In this document: piece by piece, positions 63,813-64,000 of the stretch
Layout: every line of letters starts with the position of its first letter
Numbering within the stretch: position 1 is the first letter of the stretch
Notes under the pieces: generated by a model
Databases searched by the model: none
What the model saw: only the letters and a program-made list of their open reading frames with translations
Told to the model about the DNA's origin: nothing
Position numbers and translations under genes: made by a program
NCBI GenBank assembly: GCA_963422375.2
Contig: OY729428.2
Location: 3,104,001 to 3,168,000, forward strand
Source: Bryobacterales bacterium
GTDB taxonomy: Bacteria > Acidobacteriota > Terriglobia > Bryobacterales > UBA6623
Length of the DNA stretch: 64,000 nt
Direction of reading: 5' to 3'

Positions 63813-64000
63813 ACCGTAGGTGGAAAGAGGTTGTCTGTCTCCGAAAAACCTTGAAGCGTGGCAACGTCACGGACAGTGAGTCTCCGGATTACCCATTTGT
63901 CTTGGACAAATGGAACGTTGTGTCCGCCAACACCCATGTTGGCCGTTAGCGTTGGACACAGTCCATTCTTTTTTCCCTCACATAAGATCGTCGTAATTGA
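63813..64000 (-). pseudogene. DNA (cytosine-5)-methyltransferase C-terminal fragment
   Basis: QLRRSYVRE/KNGLCPTLTANMGVGGHNVP...RRLTVRDVATLQGF (TRD + motif IX); frameshift in an A run; motif X lost at the IS junction; runs off the window. Confidence 0.78.

Overview
GC-rich (roughly two-thirds GC) bacterial chromosome segment. Gene content suggests Acidobacteriota/Bryobacterales (inference). It has intact housekeeping genes (lysS, aspS, hemL, fabV, moaB, tRNA-Ala(GGC), M1 and M48 peptidases, PGI-like) and catabolic genes (two enolase-superfamily dehydratases, SSS transporter, arylsulfatase, DUF1549/1553+DUF1501 and DUF1552+DUF1592 modules, a CitE/MaoC/acyl-CoA dehydrogenase cluster). These are interleaved with six decaying IS elements (three IS1595, IS1380, IS1634, ISAs1/DUF4338) and about ten pseudogenes. 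Every recognisable defence-type gene (type IIG-like RM fusion, C5 methyltransferase, AAA ATPase, GHKL-like ATPase, probable TIR-system protein) is broken. The most unusual signal is genome-scale. CTAG, normally strongly avoided in bacteria, occurs about 120 times by eye. Independent mutations of different types appear to converge on it (CTAC, CAAG, CCAG, CTCG to CTAG). It is the target duplication of the IS1380 element and lies inside several tandem micro-duplications. This suggests a motif-directed mutation/repair process, which needs statistical testing. No CRISPR array, rRNA or prophage was seen.
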